Assembly: GCF_004010195.1 (NCBI RefSeq)
Contig: NC_057755.1
Location: forward strand, 62,001-100,058
DNA: 38,058 nt
Reading direction: 5' to 3'
DNA from: Chiloscyllium plagiosum
Taxonomy: Eukaryota
Of this stretch, positions 35,848-38,058 are shown piece after piece; positions within the stretch are counted from its first letter, which is position 1, and each line of letters opens with the position of its first letter. Made by a program: the position numbers and the translations under genes. The notes beneath the pieces were generated by a model. That model did not search any database, was not told the origin of the DNA, and saw only the letters and a list, made by a program, of their open reading frames with translations.

Positions 35848-36745
35848 ACCTCTTTTTTCCGTGTCTCCCATCCGAACACCTTCGACCATGGTCTCTATCT
35901 CTCCTCGTGTCAGTGAGGGCGATTGTCTGTGTGTCTTGCCCTTTCGGTGTGTAAGGATCTTTGTGTAAGTGGTTTCGATGTTTTTGTGGGAATGTCACTC
36001 TGTGTGTGTATCCCACTTTTTTCCCATTGTATACTTCCCTGTGCCACCCTTTCTGAATGTGATTCTGCATCTCTCCGTTTTTTTTTATTTTCTGGGTGCG
36101 TGGAAGCTATTCTGTGACTAGATATAGCAGTTTGAGTATGCTATTGAGTTTGTGTGCTACTGTGTCTGTGAGTGTTTTTACCGATGTGCCTGCTACTATG
36201 CTTTACAATTGTGTATCTGTGTGTGTTTTGCACACGTGCATCCGATGTCTTTCTGTCTGTGTGCATGTTCTTTGTAAATTTGTGTGGGTCACCATGTGTG
36301 ATTACATTCCTGTAACATGTTCGCCTGGGGCGTGTGTGTTTGTGTGTGTGTAACTCTCAGCATCTCATGATGATTCTGTGACTCCATGTGTTCAGATCTC
36401 TCTTTGCCCCAGCAGTATATCTCTTTGCGTGTGTCTCTGGATTTGTTTATAATTGTCGCTCTATGACTGTATCTAATTGTGTTTTTCGTTCTGTAATTTG
36501 TTTGAGTGTGATCATGTGAGTGGAAAGAATATTTCTGTAAGTCCTCGCATATTGGTGTGTAATGTCATTCAGTATGACTTCATTTCCCTTCGTTAGGATG
36601 TCTGCATGATTCGGTGTCTATGTACAGATGTGTTCTTATATCGAAGGATGACTTTATTTCTCTGTGTGCGGATGTAGATGCCTTCTCTTTGTGTGCCTAA
36701 GTGTATTTCTATAACTCCGATTATGACTGGATTCCTGTCTGCGTA

Positions 36746-37445
36746 TGTCATGTTTTGGGTGTACTGTACCTTTAAGGGAGCTGACATGCCCGTAAGGACT
36801 TAGCAAGCACACAGAGTACTGGAAAATGTAAAATGTAACATGTGGTCGAACAGCTAGCTAAGAGACAATATCAAATTCAAATTGTGTCCCAAGATACCAA
36901 ACTCCAATCAAGTTTCAATATAGTATTTTTACAATATTAAAACCAATGAAACAATCTAATGTTAGGGGTATAAATGTCAGATATTTTCAAGAGTTAGCCA
37001 GATTGTCAAAGAGCAGCAAGGCGCCCAACTAGTCTAGAATACCACCTGAACTGTTCTCCAAAAGGTAAATTTACCTATCAAAGACCCAGAAGCAGAATCC
37101 CTGAGAAGCAGAAAAGAAAACAGAAAAATCCACAGAGGAAAATCTGCAAAGCTGGCTTATTTTGAAATGTGAATTTATTTTACCATAAATTGCGATCGGG
37201 ATTTGTTTATTGGACTAATATTATAGAGGGGGTGTATAAACATAGGTTTTAGACAAAGGCGTTGTTTCTAGTTGGTAGTTAATATTCATTGTTAGACTAA
37301 AAGAATAAAGTTGTTAACTTTTACTTCAAATAGTGACTTTTGGGATAGTTGTTTGTCTCTCGACTTTTAACAGATTAGAGCACGGGGTGAATCTTTCCTG
37401 TATTTCTGGTTTATGTTAGTAGAGGGTTTTACCCTGTGTCATAAC
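36746..37445 (+). mobile_element. Probable solo LTR
   Basis: TGTCATG...CATAACA termini, AATAAA near 37304, non-coding. No convincing TSD. Confidence 0.55.
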
Positions 37446-37446
37446 A

Positions 37447-38058
37447 GCTAGAGCGTGAAGGATTGGTGGCAGTACCAAAGCTGAAGAACAGAATGCAGTT
37501 TCCTGTTAGGTGGTCGCAGAAAAGGTTTCTCTATTTGGGAAGTTTTATTAACCTGTTTTCCGTCAGCTGTACAGAGCAAACTTTGTGCAATTGTTCCATA
37601 AGATAAAGCAGAACGTGCAGCGGTGGGCGTGGCTGCCACAGTCTTGTGGCTAGGCCATATAGCTCTGAATAAAATGAATTTTCTTCTTCGGTTATTATAT
37701 CCTGTTTTTACCCAGACAGATGATGTGGAGGTTTAGCAACTGGCTTGGATACTGTATGCGCCCCAAAATAAAATTTACCAAGCTGCAACTACCACAGAAT
37801 ATGTTAGGTGTGGACTTCCCAGATCTGAAGATACCAAATAGGCGCCCTGCTGTCATATGTGGCTGACTGAGTGTGCAAGGATTCAAGGTCGATGTGGATC
37901 GATGTTGAGGCCTCTCAGGCGAAATGTCCCCGCATCAAAATACTGTTTATGTCCAAGATGAAATCTCTGACTGAGCACTGTGAGATCCCAATTATCTTAA
38001 AGAAGCATGAAGAATAATACGCAGGGTGAAGCCAATTTACTTAAGATTTTGTTGTTCA
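37447..38058 (+). mobile_element. L1-clade LINE ORF2 fragment (end of RT and downstream region)
   Basis: Reads FPVRWSQKRFLYLG, IKQNVQRWAWLP..WLGHIALNKMNFLLRLLYP, RPKIKFTKLQLPQNMLGVDFPDLK and SMWIDVEASQ. Confidence 0.8.

Larger units (their letters stand above)
34138..36700 (+). repeat. Third paralogous copy of the GPCR 3' flank (matches ~4670-6700), without the coding exon
   Basis: gagctccagaggcaatc...atcacatggatctgagtataac, gatgggttcagctggaacattg, CT tract, GT tract and tcagcat.tcatgatg occur in the same order as in copy 1. Confidence 0.88.

Noticed and set aside
34779..36353. LSLSLS and RERERE ORFs
   Set aside because: Microsatellite artefacts.

Overview
Repeat-rich vertebrate genomic DNA. 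The repeat mix (CR1, Penelope, Tx1, Rex1, L1, tRNA-derived SINEs) and the receptor type suggest a cartilaginous fish (shark); this is an inference from family resemblance, not a database result. The only host gene content is a small cluster of orphan class-A GPCRs resembling the GPR139/GPR142-like type. One long coding exon is open on + (3761-4635). An inverted, frameshifted pseudogene copy lies on - (~21370-22258). A third copy of the downstream flank (~34138-36700) has no receptor exon. The rest is mostly degenerate, often nested retroelements, two recent head-to-tail duplications (~574 bp and ~1519 bp), a ~230-bp inverted repeat pair about 1 kb apart, and CT/GT low-complexity tracts. Several Penelope-like 3' ends carry minimal hammerhead-ribozyme motifs; the best preserved is at 35595-35622. 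I see no clearly new enzymatic system. The most interesting biology is the birth-and-death GPCR cassette and the ribozyme-bearing elements. TE boundaries are approximate, and TE family names come from recognising motifs by eye.
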